64,000 nt of DNA from Fimbriimonadaceae bacterium (GTDB lineage Bacteria > Armatimonadota > Fimbriimonadia > Fimbriimonadales > Fimbriimonadaceae). How positions within the stretch are numbered: position 1 is the stretch's first letter; every line of letters starts with the position of its first letter. Of this stretch, positions 18,251-29,151 are shown one piece after another. The notes beneath the pieces are model-generated. The model did not search any database. It was not told the origin of the DNA and saw only the letters and a program-made list of their open reading frames with translations. The position numbers and the translations under genes were made by a program. Location: NCBI GenBank assembly GCA_019638835.1, contig JAHBTC010000001.1, forward strand, positions 6,260-70,259. The letters run 5' to 3'.

Positions 18251-19161
18251 CGGAAAACTCAACCCGGGCCACGGGACTTCGTAGCGATGCGATGGCCGCA
18301 TTGCGCACCGCGTTGCCGTATCTCAGCATGTACCGAGGGAAGACATTCGTTGTCAAGATTGGTGGGGAAGCGTTCGGGAGCGACGATGCGATTGGTCGTG
18401 CTGTGCTGGAGCAGATTGGTGTGCTCACTCACCTTGGAATGCGAGTCGTCGTGGTTCACGGAGCAGGTCCACAGGCAACAACGCTGACCGAAGCGTTGGG
18501 AGGTGAGTCAAAGATCGTTGATGGGCGCCGCGTAACGGACGAGACTGCGCTACGCGCAATCACTCTTTCACTGAACGGCGATGTTGCCACTAAGATCCTG
18601 GCGAATGGCCGTTCTCTAGGGTTGCAGACCGTAGCGGTCTCGGGCGTTGCGGCCCAAACCATCACGGCTCGGCGTCGCCCACCGGTTTCGGTTCGCGACG
18701 GGTCAACGGTGGACTTTGGATTTGTTGGCGACCTCGCTCATCTCGACCTATCTTTGGTTCAAACGCTCCTGGACGACGGTTTCCTCCCCGTGATCAGTCC
18801 ATTGGGGGCTGACGCCAATGGTCAGGTCTTGAACATGAACGCAGATGGAGTTGCGTCTGCGCTTGCAGTGGCACTCGGTGCAAGCAAACTGATATACGTC
18901 ACTGGAGCCCCAGGGATTCTTCGCAACCCGCAGGACACTGGGTCACTCATCTCGGAGACCGATATTGCCGGTCTCGAGGCTCTCGAAAAGGAGGGTGCGA
19001 TTAGCACCGGAATGTTGCCGAAAGCGACGAGTATCCGCGCGGCCTTAGAAGGTGGCGTGGAGCGTGTGCACGTCGTCGGATTCGCGACTCCAGATGGCGT
19101 TCTGCGCGAACTGTTCACCAATGAGGGAAGCGGCACCCTTGTAACAAAGGGTAAGGGATGA
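18247..19161 (+). CDS. argB: acetylglutamate kinase
   Basis: 304 aa. Motifs GKTFVVKIGGEAF, VVVVHGAGPQ and LNMNADGVASALA. ATGA overlap with argF'. Confidence 0.9.
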   Translation: MTENSTRATGLRSDAMAALRTALPYLSMYRGKTFVVKIGGEAFGSDDAIGRAVLEQIGVLTHLGMRVVVVHGAGPQATTLTEALGGESKIVDGRRVTDETALRAITLSLNGDVATKILANGRSLGLQTVAVSGVAAQTITARRRPPVSVRDGSTVDFGFVGDLAHLDLSLVQTLLDDGFLPVISPLGADANGQVLNMNADGVASALAVALGASKLIYVTGAPGILRNPQDTGSLISETDIAGLEALEKEGAISTGMLPKATSIRAALEGGVERVHVVGFATPDGVLRELFTNEGSGTLVTKGKG

Positions 19162-20231
19162 ACAATCAAGAACTCCTCGAGTTTCATCGGAACCTTGTCG
19201 CGACAAAATCCATTAGCCACGAAGAGGGGCCAATCGCGGATTGGGTGACCGACTGCCTGTGCGAACATGGTGTCGATTTTCATCGCTGGGGTGACAATGT
19301 CGTGGCCACTGTCGGAGAAGGACCCCACGTTGTCCTCAACTCTCATTTAGATACAGTCCCTCCTTGCGATGGCTGGACTCGTGATCCGTGGAAAGTTGAA
19401 GTCGAGAATGGCAACGTTTATGGTCTTGGGAGCAATGACGCAAAGGCAAGTGGTGCCGCTCTCACGGCGGCGTTTCTCCGTTTGATGAAAGACCCCCCTT
19501 GTCGCGTGACTCTACTGTTGGTGCCCGAGGAGGAGACGGGAGGTAACGGGGCGGAAATCTCTGTACCGCGGGTGGCGAAAGAAATAGCGGCCATTGATGC
19601 CGGAATTGTCGGGGAGCCAACGGGACTTGACATCGCACTCGCGCAAAAGGGTCTTCTCATCATAGAACTCGAAGCAGAAGGGGACGCCTGCCACGCCGCT
19701 CACGCGAACCGCCTTGGCGCGAGGAACCCTATCTTCACCCTTGCGAAAGATCTCGTCGCATTGGAAAGCACGGAGTGGGGGGAGCCAGACCCCGATCTCG
19801 GGCCAACGACGATGCAGGCCACGGTTGTCCAGGGGGGAGAAGCCCGCAACCAAGTTCCTGGTTCGGCCTCGGTGGCACTGGATTTCCGAACCGCACCTGG
19901 CCTGGGGCACGAGAAGCTCATTCAAATGGTGGAATCAATAGCCGAAAGTAAGGTTGGGGTGCGATCCCGCCGCCTAGAAGCGACTCGCTGCGATGCAGAC
20001 ACCGCCCTCGTTCGCGCGGCGAAGTCTGTCCGACCGGAAGTCACCCTTTTCGGCTCGGCAACGATGAGTGATTTGGCGTACATGCGCGGGTTCCCGGCCG
20101 TGAAATGCGGACCTGGCGATACGTCTCGTTCCCACCGACCGGATGAATTCGTGGAGGAGCAAGCGATCGTTGATGCGGCCGCGTTTTACACGGCCTGGGT
20201 TCGCGCATTCGCCCAGGAGGCAGAATTGTGA
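19158..20231 (+). CDS. argE: M20-family deacylase (acetylornithine / acetylcitrulline deacetylase-like)
   Basis: 357 aa. Motifs LNSHLDTVP, GLGSNDAKAS and VPEEETGGNG. ATGA overlap with argB. Confidence 0.8.
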   Translation: MNNQELLEFHRNLVATKSISHEEGPIADWVTDCLCEHGVDFHRWGDNVVATVGEGPHVVLNSHLDTVPPCDGWTRDPWKVEVENGNVYGLGSNDAKASGAALTAAFLRLMKDPPCRVTLLLVPEEETGGNGAEISVPRVAKEIAAIDAGIVGEPTGLDIALAQKGLLIIELEAEGDACHAAHANRLGARNPIFTLAKDLVALESTEWGEPDPDLGPTTMQATVVQGGEARNQVPGSASVALDFRTAPGLGHEKLIQMVESIAESKVGVRSRRLEATRCDADTALVRAAKSVRPEVTLFGSATMSDLAYMRGFPAVKCGPGDTSRSHRPDEFVEEQAIVDAAAFYTAWVRAFAQEAEL

Positions 20232-21424
20232 GGCTTTGGGACAAAGGCGAGCCGACCGATGATTTGATCCTCCGATTTTGTGTCGGGGATGACTATCTGC
20301 TGGATGCGGCCCTAGTGCCTTACGATATTCGTGCGAGTATCGCCCATGCACGGATGCTTCATGAGTGTGGTTATCTCACGGCCGAAGATGAACATGCCAT
20401 TCGCGATGGGCTATCGAAGATCGGCGAGTCCTTTGCGAACGGAGAGTGGCAAATCACTCCGGCGGATGAAGACTGCCATACGGCCATCGAAAACCGCTTG
20501 GTGGAACAGATCGGTGAGGCCGGCAAGCGGGTTCACCTTGGTCGTAGTCGCAACGATCAAGTATTGACGGCGGTTCGTCTCTGGATCAGGGACGCGCTTG
20601 ACTTTCTTGCGAAAGACACCGAGTCAGTCGCCTCATTGCTGGATGAACTTGCGTCCCGAAGTGCAGACATCCCTCTGCCGGGTTACACGCACCAGCAGCG
20701 GGCAATGCCTAGTTCGGTTGCCCTGTGGGCCCGTGGATTCGCTTCGGAGCTACAGGATGATGCCGACGGTTTGCGACTCGCCAAGCGCAGGGCGCAAAAG
20801 AACCCGTTAGGTTCAGCGGCCGGGTACGGGCCTGCACAACTGGCACTCAATCGTGACATCACGACAAAAGAGTTAGGTTTTGAGGAGACGCAAATGCCGG
20901 TGACGGCGGCGCAACTCAGTCGAGGCAAAGCCGAGGCCGAGGCTGTTTTCGCCGCTTCGCTTCTTGCGCAAGATCTTGGTCGCCTTGCTTCTGACCTGTG
21001 CCTATTCTCCACGGCTGAGTTTGGTTTTGTTCGACTACCCAGTGCATTCACGACAGGGAGCAGCATCATGCCCCAGAAGCGCAACCCTGATGTATTTGAA
21101 CTCGTCCGAGCGAAGTCCGTGGTTCCGCAAACTGATTTGCAAGCCATTCTCGCAATCACCTCCAAGATGACCAGCGGCTACCACCGCGATCTCCAAGAAA
21201 TCAAGCGACCGTTAATGAATGCGATTGCGGTCACCAGAGATTTGGTGACCGTGATGGCTCGTGCGATTCCTGGAATCGAGTTTGACCGGACACGGGCTAC
21301 GGAAGCGATGGATGATTCGCTTTTCGCTACGCAACGCGCTTACCAGTTAGTGGTCGAAAGAGGTATGTCCTTCCGGGATGCCTACCGAATGGTCGCAGAA
21401 GAGTTCCGCGACAGAGGCCGGTAG
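20228..21424 (+). CDS. argH: argininosuccinate lyase (short, Bacteroidetes-like N-terminus)
   Basis: 398 aa with a GTG start overlapping the argE stop. Fumarate-lyase motifs GRSRNDQV, GYTHQQRAMP and GSSIMPQKRNPD. Confidence 0.9.
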   Translation: MRLWDKGEPTDDLILRFCVGDDYLLDAALVPYDIRASIAHARMLHECGYLTAEDEHAIRDGLSKIGESFANGEWQITPADEDCHTAIENRLVEQIGEAGKRVHLGRSRNDQVLTAVRLWIRDALDFLAKDTESVASLLDELASRSADIPLPGYTHQQRAMPSSVALWARGFASELQDDADGLRLAKRRAQKNPLGSAAGYGPAQLALNRDITTKELGFEETQMPVTAAQLSRGKAEAEAVFAASLLAQDLGRLASDLCLFSTAEFGFVRLPSAFTTGSSIMPQKRNPDVFELVRAKSVVPQTDLQAILAITSKMTSGYHRDLQEIKRPLMNAIAVTRDLVTVMARAIPGIEFDRTRATEAMDDSLFATQRAYQLVVERGMSFRDAYRMVAEEFRDRGR

Positions 21425-21439
21425 AATAGTTGCGAAAGC

Positions 21440-22741
21440 ATGGATTGCTCCACGAGCATGGCCTCCCACGCGGTGGTCAGGAACTGGTCTCTTGAGCCGA
21501 CGGAAGCGGCCGAATGTGAGGTTGCGCGGGTTATCGCCTCTCAGTTTGATGTTGGACTGATCCAAGAAGTTGAACGGTTCCGCGAAAGAGGGAACATCAA
21601 TCTTCACACATTCCGCATCAGAAGTGACCAAGGCGACTTCCTGTTGCAGCGCCTCAACACGGAGGTTTTCGCTTTCCCAGACCGTGTGATGTCCGCGATG
21701 GAACAGTGGACGGTGTGCCAACGAACCACGCTCAAAGATCGCCCCGAAATCACGTGGGAACCGATCACTTTGGTTTCAACTGTTGATCGCAAACCGTTCC
21801 TTCGGTTCCGCATTGGTGGTCAGGTGAATGTTTGGCGGCTGATGGTTCAGATCCCAGATGTAGTTACCTTTAAATCACTCTCGGAACTTCCGAATCGCGC
21901 GGCTCAGTTGGCGCTCGCAGAGCAGGTAGGAAGGGGACTTGCACTGAACGCCGATCTGACCGCTGACTTAGACACCGACCGATTGCAGCCATCTCTACTG
22001 GGATACCGCGACACTTTTGGCTACTATGCGCAGTTTGAATCCGTACTCGGAGGGCATCGCGATATGGATTCGGTCGCACACTTACTCCCGGAAAGCGAGG
22101 AGTTGCGTGCGGCAACGGCATCGAACTATGTTCTCTCCCCCGGCATCGGAGATGCCGAAGCAGAATCTCGTCGCATGGACCCCACTCTACGGCCGTTCAT
22201 AGAACTTGCGCAACAAGCGAAAGAGCATGGATTGACATTGGCGGAAGGCGTCCGCACGGGATGGCTTCGACGTACTCCTATCCACGGGGATACAAAGATC
22301 GACAATTTCCTTTTTGATCGGGAAACCCTTGCGGTACGGAGCCTGATTGACCTTGACACAATCATGCCGTATACGTGGCTCGCCGATTGGGGGGACTGCG
22401 TCCGCTCGTTATGCAACGTTGCCGGTGAAAAAGAACGCAATTTGGATTCGGTGCAAGTGGATCGCGAAATCTATCAAGCAGTGGCGTCGGGCTTCCTTGG
22501 CACGACGGAGCGAGCACGAACGGAAGAGATCGCGTTGATGGTGGATGCAGTAGAAGTTATCGCGTTGGAACTTGGGCTGCGGTTCTTGACGGATTACCTG
22601 CGAGGTGACAACTACTTCGCACTTGGCACCGGCGACGCGCCAGACTTGAACAAGGTGCGGGCGATGGTGCAGTTGACGCTGTTCAAACGCCTTCGGGATG
22701 CAAGACCTGCGCTCGAAGCAATCGTGGCTCAGGGCGCGTGA
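21440..22741 (+). CDS. APH/choline-kinase-fold phosphotransferase (sugar-kinase-like)
   Basis: 433 aa. Catalytic loop HGDTKIDNFLFD followed by LIDLDT. The glycosidase neighbours suggest a sugar/hexosamine kinase, but the substrate is not determinable here. Confidence 0.6.
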   Translation: MDCSTSMASHAVVRNWSLEPTEAAECEVARVIASQFDVGLIQEVERFRERGNINLHTFRIRSDQGDFLLQRLNTEVFAFPDRVMSAMEQWTVCQRTTLKDRPEITWEPITLVSTVDRKPFLRFRIGGQVNVWRLMVQIPDVVTFKSLSELPNRAAQLALAEQVGRGLALNADLTADLDTDRLQPSLLGYRDTFGYYAQFESVLGGHRDMDSVAHLLPESEELRAATASNYVLSPGIGDAEAESRRMDPTLRPFIELAQQAKEHGLTLAEGVRTGWLRRTPIHGDTKIDNFLFDRETLAVRSLIDLDTIMPYTWLADWGDCVRSLCNVAGEKERNLDSVQVDREIYQAVASGFLGTTERARTEEIALMVDAVEVIALELGLRFLTDYLRGDNYFALGTGDAPDLNKVRAMVQLTLFKRLRDARPALEAIVAQGA

Positions 22742-22893
22742 TCTTCCCGGGCCCATACATTCGCAAGTCGGTTAGCAGGATCATGATCCCGTCGCCTGCT
22801 GCAGTCGGGCCACACGTTGTCTTGACCCCTCGAAAGTAGTCAAGTCGAGCGCATTCGGTCACGGCAAGATACGGGTCAAGTATTCTCTCGCTC

Positions 22894-24999
22894 GTGACGG
22901 CCCTCTGCGCGATGCTTGCCATCCTCGCGTCGCAGGATGTCCTTCTTCAGGACTTTGAGTCGGTCACATACGGGTCATGGGTCAGCACCGGCACGGCGTT
23001 TGGCAGCGAACCCGCTCAGGGCACGCTTCCTAACCAGATGGAGGTTTCGGGATATCGGGGCAGCCGCCTGGCAAATTCGTTCGTTGGCGGAGATGCTTCT
23101 ACCGGAACACTTAGCTCACCGGCATTCACAATCACTCATTCACATATCACCTTCTTGATTGGTGGTGGCAGCTTTCCGGAAACATCGGTCAACCTGATGG
23201 TTGGAGGTAGGGCTGTCCGGTCATCTTCAGGCTCAAACTCTCACCCAAGCGGCTCCGAAGCCCTTGAACCGGACGGCTGGGACGTCCGGGCGTGGCTTGG
23301 TCAGACCGCTTAGATCGTTATCCGTGACGAAGCCACTGGTGGTTGGGGGCACATTACCGCCGATCATTTCGTTCTCACCGACAATCCATCTGCCATGCCT
23401 ATTCGAGATCCCGTCCTTGAACTCGAAGCGCGCGCGCGCTTCCTTCACTTACCCATCAAAAACGGTGCCCCCAAACGGGATGTCACCCTAGAGATTGGTG
23501 ACAGCCCACCGCAAAATCTGACCATTGAACTGTCGGATAGCGAACCCGACTGGTGGACCTCCGTTGATATTTCAAGCCAAGTAGGGAAGACGATTCGCCT
23601 GACGACGAGCCGATTGCCGGCAGGGTCAACCGCCTTCTCTCAGGTCTTTCAATCCAACGATGTACCGGGCGTCGTCGAAGCGTACGGTGAAGCCAAACGT
23701 GGGCTCTTCCATTTTTCGCCGAGACGGGGCTGGCTTAATGATCCGAATGGGCTTGTTTATTTCCAAGAAGAGTATCACCTCTTCTTTCAGCACAACCCGT
23801 ACGGTTGGGGTTGGGGCAACATGCACTGGGGCCACGCCGTGAGCCGTGATCTCGTTCGCTGGACCGAACTTCCGCCTGCTCTTCTCCCCGATCTGCAAGG
23901 CACGATGTACAGCGGGAGTGCTGTCGTTGATGTCAGGAATGACTCTGGACTAGGGGTAGCGGGCAAACCTCCGCTCCTGTTGTTCTATACCGCGGCGGGC
24001 AATCCGTTCACTCAGGGGATGGCATCAAGCATGGACGGGAGAATCTTTACCAAATGGCCAGGAAACCCAGTCGTCCCACATATCGCAGGCGAAAACCGCG
24101 ATCCCAAGGTGTTTTATCATGCGCAAAGCCACCGCTGGGTGATGGTGCTCTACGTGGAAGAAGGAGGCGAGCACACTCTTCAGTTTTTTAATTCCCAAGA
24201 CCTTCGATCCTGGACACTAACCAGCAAGATCAGCGGATTCTATGAATGCCCTGATTTGGTTGCCCTCCCGCTTGATGGTGAATCAGATCAAATGAAGTGG
24301 GTGCTGTCTGCCGCCAACAGCGACTACATGGTGGGGAGCTTTGAAGGTGAGAGGTTTACGCCCGACACTCCTATCATCAAGGGGCAGAGTGGGCGCGGAT
24401 TCTATGCCGCCCAAACCTTCAACGGCATTCCCGAAAGTGACAATCGCGTGATTCAGATCGGCTGGTTCCAGACCGAGACGCGCGGTGAGCCTTTCAACCA
24501 AGCCATGTCATTTCCCATGGAGCTTGGCCTGATAACCACCCCATCCGGCCCCCGGCTCACATGGACGCCGGTGCGAGAACTTGGCCAACTCGAAGATGTG
24601 GCTCATGATGTCCGAGCGACAACTCTGCGACCCGGATCGGTTGAGCCTTGGGCTGGCTTTTCAGCGGAAGCAGGGCGACTGACACTGGAGTTCCTCGATA
24701 CCGACAGCATCCTTTCTTTGAACTTACGTGGGCTAGCAATCATCTATGACGGTGCGAATCGGGAGATCCGCATCGGAAACCTCAACGTTGCGGTGCCCCC
24801 GTCGAACGGCCGACAGCGATTGGACATCCTTGTGGATCGGATTGGGGTAGAGGTCTTTGCGGGCGGGGGGCAGGTGTTCATCCCGTACCCCCAAGTCTTT
24901 GATCACAGTCGCAAAGATTGGAAGATCGGGGTTGAAAAGGGCGAGTTTCAGTTCACATCGGTACGACTCGCTCGCATAAAATCGGCTTGGACACCGTAG
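22894..24999 (+). pseudogene. glycoside hydrolase family 32 (beta-fructofuranosidase/levanase-like) interrupted by an in-frame TAG at 23311-23313
   Basis: ORFs 22894-23313 and 23395-24999 are in the same frame. The codons right after the TAG read IVIRDEATGGWGHITADHFVLTD, completing the N-terminal accessory domain begun upstream. The catalytic part has HFSPRRGWLNDPNG and the FQHNPYG and RDPKVF motifs. Confidence 0.8.
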
Positions 25000-25019
25000 G
25001 CGGGCGGTATGGTTGATCC

Positions 25020-27806
25020 GTGGTTCTGGCGGCCCTTGCGATGATGACTGGATTGGCGGATCCCTTTGGAGCGGCCCGTTGGCTGACGGTTCCCGAACCG
25101 GTTGCACCACTCTCCAGTTCCCGGTGGATTTGGATAAGGAGTGACGCTTTCCCCGAGCCTGGGCGCCACGCCGATGAGGGAACCGTGGAGTTCCAAGCAG
25201 AGTGGCGCATCGCCGGCGAAGTTGCGAGGGCAATGCTGACCTTTGCCGCCGATAATCGAGCCACCGTCACAATCAACGGACAGCAAGTCGGGGGAAACGA
25301 AAACTGGTCGTCCCCGACGGAACTTGATGTGACGGTGCATCTTCGAGCGGGAAGCAATCTCATCCTGTTCGCCGCGACGAACACGGCCGGAACTAATCAA
25401 AATCCCGCCGGTCTCATCGTTCACGGAATGGCGAAGACCGCTGACGGAAGAGACTATGTCCTTGATTCGAACCGCGAATGGCATTCTGATCAAGGAGAAG
25501 TTACGGAAATCGGTCCGGCGGAAACTCCTCCTTGGAACTTGCGGGACAAAGAGGGGCCGTCCCCGATTTTTCGGCACGAGTTTGATGCTCCTGCACCCGT
25601 CAAGCAGGCGACGGCGTATGTCATAGGGCTCGGTCACTTTGACCTTTTGGTGAATGGGCAGCGGCAAGGCGAGGGCTACTTGAATCAGCCATGGTCTCAG
25701 TTCGACCGACGCATCTATTGGACCGAGTTCGATGTAACCGAGTCGCTCAAGCAGGGCCGAAACGCAGTGCTGGTCACGATGGGAAACGGTTTCTTCCGCG
25801 TAGGTGCGCCAGGAACCGGAAGGTATGTCAAGGCCGATATGATGTGCGATTACAGTGAGGGGCAACCTTATCTGTTACGGGCGGCAATCTCGCTGGAATA
25901 TGCCGATGGAACCCACGAGACAATTTTGAGTGACGAACATTGGCGTTGGAGACTTGGGCCATACCGACTCTCGCACGTATATGCAGGCGAGGATTACGAT
26001 GCGCGGGAATGGGACGACTCTTGGACCCGACCTGGTGCGCAATTGGAAGGTTGGACGAACGCTACTCTTGCCCACCCGCCATCCGCGCAACTTGCCCCAA
26101 TTGATTGGCCGCCCATTCTCGCTACGGACGCATGGACTCCTTCTCAAATAGTGGAACGAGACGGCAACCGAATCTCGTACATTTTTGACCAGAACGCTAT
26201 GGCTGTCGTTCGGTTTCGAGTGCGTGGTCAGCGTGGTCAAACGATTACCGTTACGCCATCAGAAGTGATTTCTCCTGAAGGCGACGTCCAACAACTCAAT
26301 CTTTGGGGTGGTCATGCCGTCGGCAACTATACGCTCCGGGGTAGCGGATCGGAATCGTACGAGTGGCGCTTCTTTTATCACGGCTTTCAGTATGTCGAGG
26401 TGAAAGGCGCGGTACTCCCGAACCAGCCGAATCCAGACCGCCTTCCCGTCATCGAGAACCTGGAGATGGTGCCCATCCGTACGGCAAATCGGACGACGGG
26501 TGAGTTTGTGAGTGGGAACGTCACCTACAACGGGACTCACCGCATCATTGATTGGGCCATCCAGTCGAATATGTCGTACGTCCTCAGCGACTGCCCTCAG
26601 AGGGAGAAAGCGGGATGGCTCGAGGTGGCGCATCTCATGTTCCCGAGCATCGCCTACCGATACGATGTCAAGGATTGGTATCGAAAGATCTGTCGCGACA
26701 TGCGCGATGCGCAGCTTTCCAATGGTCAGGTCTTGACGGTTGCGCCGCGCGTCCTCCTTCTGCCGCCGAGTAGCCCCTATGCGTTCACAACCGAGTGGGG
26801 CGCGGCATCGGTGCTGGTGCCATGGCAGGCATACCAATGGTACGGCGACCGTACGTTCTTGGAGGAGAACTACGCGATGATGGTGCGGTACGTGGACTAC
26901 CTTCGTTCGGTGAGCCCAACCGGCATTGCACCCTCCGGCCTTGGTGACTGGTATGACTACGGCCACGGTCAGCCTCCGGGGCCAAGTCGCTTCACGCCGA
27001 CGCAACTTACGTCAACGGCGACGTACGCCTTGTGTCTCCGCGCAGTTCGTGACGCGGCAGAAGTTCTTGAAGAGAGTGCCGACGTTGTTCGCCTGGAAGC
27101 GGAGATCGAACGAGTGCGCACCGCTTTCATCGCGGCGTATTACGATGCGGAGTCAGCCACGTTTACGAACACCGGCTCTGTCCAATCAGGAAGTGCGATG
27201 GCACTCTGCGCCGGCCTCGCCCCAGAAGCCGATCGCGACCGGATTCTGGCAAACATTGTCCTTGAACTTCGCGATCGCGGATACCAACAAACTCCGGGAG
27301 ACGTAGGGCACGTCTATCTGATTCGTGCCCTTGCCGAAGCCGGTCGCAGTGACATCTTGCACCGGGTCTACCAGCAGACGGGGACCGGCTCTTATGGTGG
27401 AATTCTTGCCAAAGGGCTAACAACTTTGCCTGAGACATGGGATGCGATCACGGTAGGTAGCAACTCGCTCAATCACTGCATGCTCGGTCATGTGATGGAA
27501 TGGTTCTACGGCTACGTCGTCGGCATTCGCGCCACTCCGAATTCTGTCGGCTGGAACGAGTTCATAATTGCCCCTGAACCAGGAAACCTCAGTATGGCGC
27601 GAGGAAAAATTGAGACCCCACGAGGTGTGGTGACGGTGGAGTGGGAAAAGGGCCCTGAAGGATTCGTGATCAAGGGCACGGTACCGGATGGTGTTTCGGC
27701 GACCCTGATCATGCCCGGCACGAGCGACCACGTGACTGTCAACGGAAAGCCAAGTGGTCGCCGGACATCGCTCGCACCAGGGAGTTTCAGGGCCATACAG
27801 CAATGA
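25020..27806 (+). CDS. alpha-L-rhamnosidase-like glycoside hydrolase (GH78-type six-hairpin)
   Basis: 928 aa. DCPQREKAGWLE resembles the GH78 DCPQR(D/E)..GW motif, and the multi-domain length is typical of bacterial rhamnosidases. Confidence 0.75.
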   Translation: MVLAALAMMTGLADPFGAARWLTVPEPVAPLSSSRWIWIRSDAFPEPGRHADEGTVEFQAEWRIAGEVARAMLTFAADNRATVTINGQQVGGNENWSSPTELDVTVHLRAGSNLILFAATNTAGTNQNPAGLIVHGMAKTADGRDYVLDSNREWHSDQGEVTEIGPAETPPWNLRDKEGPSPIFRHEFDAPAPVKQATAYVIGLGHFDLLVNGQRQGEGYLNQPWSQFDRRIYWTEFDVTESLKQGRNAVLVTMGNGFFRVGAPGTGRYVKADMMCDYSEGQPYLLRAAISLEYADGTHETILSDEHWRWRLGPYRLSHVYAGEDYDAREWDDSWTRPGAQLEGWTNATLAHPPSAQLAPIDWPPILATDAWTPSQIVERDGNRISYIFDQNAMAVVRFRVRGQRGQTITVTPSEVISPEGDVQQLNLWGGHAVGNYTLRGSGSESYEWRFFYHGFQYVEVKGAVLPNQPNPDRLPVIENLEMVPIRTANRTTGEFVSGNVTYNGTHRIIDWAIQSNMSYVLSDCPQREKAGWLEVAHLMFPSIAYRYDVKDWYRKICRDMRDAQLSNGQVLTVAPRVLLLPPSSPYAFTTEWGAASVLVPWQAYQWYGDRTFLEENYAMMVRYVDYLRSVSPTGIAPSGLGDWYDYGHGQPPGPSRFTPTQLTSTATYALCLRAVRDAAEVLEESADVVRLEAEIERVRTAFIAAYYDAESATFTNTGSVQSGSAMALCAGLAPEADRDRILANIVLELRDRGYQQTPGDVGHVYLIRALAEAGRSDILHRVYQQTGTGSYGGILAKGLTTLPETWDAITVGSNSLNHCMLGHVMEWFYGYVVGIRATPNSVGWNEFIIAPEPGNLSMARGKIETPRGVVTVEWEKGPEGFVIKGTVPDGVSATLIMPGTSDHVTVNGKPSGRRTSLAPGSFRAIQQ

Positions 27807-27853
27807 TGCCAGACGAGTCAGATGCGAACATTGGTTGAGAGATTGCCGAAGAT

Positions 27854-28219
27854 ATGAAACCGGAACCGATTGATCTTCACGCCAAGCTCGAAATGATTCA
27901 CGAGCATTGGGCACCGAAGGTCGTCGCCGAAATGAACGACTACCAGTTCAAGTTGGTGAAGTTACAAGGCGAGTTTGTGTGGCACCAGCATGAGAATACG
28001 GACGAAGTGTTTTATGTATTGCATGGGTTGCTTGAAGTGAGGTTCCGAGATCGTAGTGTGTTCGTCCGCGAAGGTGAATTGTTCGTTGTGCCAAAAGGGG
28101 TCGAGCATATCACTCGTGCCGAAGACGAGTGTCACGTGCTGATCATCGAGCCAAGGGGAGTCATCAACACGGGCGCGCAGAAAGGCGACTTGACGGCTCC
28201 GAATGATGTTTGGATCTAG
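27854..28219 (+). CDS. cupin domain protein
   Basis: 121 aa. GEFVWHQHENTDEVFYVLHG ... GELFVVPKGVEH are the two cupin motifs. Confidence 0.7.
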   Translation: MKPEPIDLHAKLEMIHEHWAPKVVAEMNDYQFKLVKLQGEFVWHQHENTDEVFYVLHGLLEVRFRDRSVFVREGELFVVPKGVEHITRAEDECHVLIIEPRGVINTGAQKGDLTAPNDVWI

Positions 28220-28243
28220 AGATTCTTGGCCTAGAATCACAAA

Positions 28244-29143
28244 GTGCCGGAACTGCCTGACATCGAACTGTATCTCGCCTGCCTTCGGCCGCGAGTGGTC
28301 GGGCAGCCGTTGCTCTCGGTTCGCACTTTCAATCCGTTTGTGCTTCGCACGGTGAGCCCGACGCTCGAGGAGCTTGTCGGGCACGAGGTCGTCGCCGTCC
28401 GCCGCATCGGCAAGAGAGTCGCGTTCGAGTTTGATGACGGCAAATGCACGGTGATCCACCTCATGGTCAGCGGCCGATTTCGGTGGACGGAGGCTGGTGC
28501 CACGGTGGTGCGTAAGACCACCCATGCTACATGGGGATTCCATGATGGGCAACTGGTGCTCACGGAGATGAGCAGTAAGAAGCGGGCCGGGATTTGGGTT
28601 TTCGCTTCTATTGCCGATGCTGAATCACTCAATGCAGGAGGAATCGACCCACTCGCCGCAACCCTCAAAGAGTTCGCCGTAGCGTTACATGGCGAAAACC
28701 GAACTTTGAAGCGGGCTCTGACGAACCCTCGAACGTTCTCGGGAATCGGTAATGCGTACTCCGACGAGATCCTTCATACTGCCGGACTGTCTCCTCTCCG
28801 GCTAACGCAAAGCCTCACGGAGGAGGAACTTTCCCGCCTGCATGAGGCAACCCAAATCACCTTGACGACATGGCGAGACAGGCTGATTGCCGAATTCAAG
28901 AATGGCGAGAAGTTCCCCGGTGCGGGGCAGGTGACTGCCTTCCGCCCTGAATTCGCTGCCCACGGAAAGTATGGTCAGCCTTGTCCGGTGTGTGGAAAGC
29001 CGATCCAGCGCATCGTATACGCTGAGAACGAGACCAACTATTGTGCGGTTTGTCAGAACGGAGGCAAGATTCTCGCCGACCGGTCACTCTCCCGGTTGCT
29101 CAAAGATGATTGGCCGCGCAGTTTCGCGGAAGAGGAGAATTGA
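28244..29143 (+). CDS. Fpg/Nei-family DNA glycosylase
   Basis: 299 aa. N-terminal MPELPD catalytic Pro, H2TH region GIGNAYSDEILH, and a C-terminal zinc finger CPVCGKPI...YCAVCQ. Confidence 0.85.
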   Translation: MPELPDIELYLACLRPRVVGQPLLSVRTFNPFVLRTVSPTLEELVGHEVVAVRRIGKRVAFEFDDGKCTVIHLMVSGRFRWTEAGATVVRKTTHATWGFHDGQLVLTEMSSKKRAGIWVFASIADAESLNAGGIDPLAATLKEFAVALHGENRTLKRALTNPRTFSGIGNAYSDEILHTAGLSPLRLTQSLTEEELSRLHEATQITLTTWRDRLIAEFKNGEKFPGAGQVTAFRPEFAAHGKYGQPCPVCGKPIQRIVYAENETNYCAVCQNGGKILADRSLSRLLKDDWPRSFAEEEN

Positions 29144-29151
29144 GATCAACC

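Noticed and set aside
20228-21424. ArgH appears short (398 aa) and ends soon after ...GMSFRDAYRMVAEEF; possible C-terminal truncation.
   Set aside because: All fumarate-lyase signatures are intact, and the Bacteroidetes-type ArgH proteins it resembles at the N-terminus are also shorter than the E. coli type. Without an alignment I cannot show that anything is missing.
24948-25865. 305-aa minus-strand ORF and other long antisense ORFs: 26259-27005, 39165-39917, 50797-51711, 4457-5095, 8378-8905 and 27962-28552.
   Set aside because: All lie antisense to, or out of frame with, genes that have strong family motifs, and they have Arg/Pro/Ser-rich low-complexity translations. They are shadow ORFs typical of high-GC DNA.
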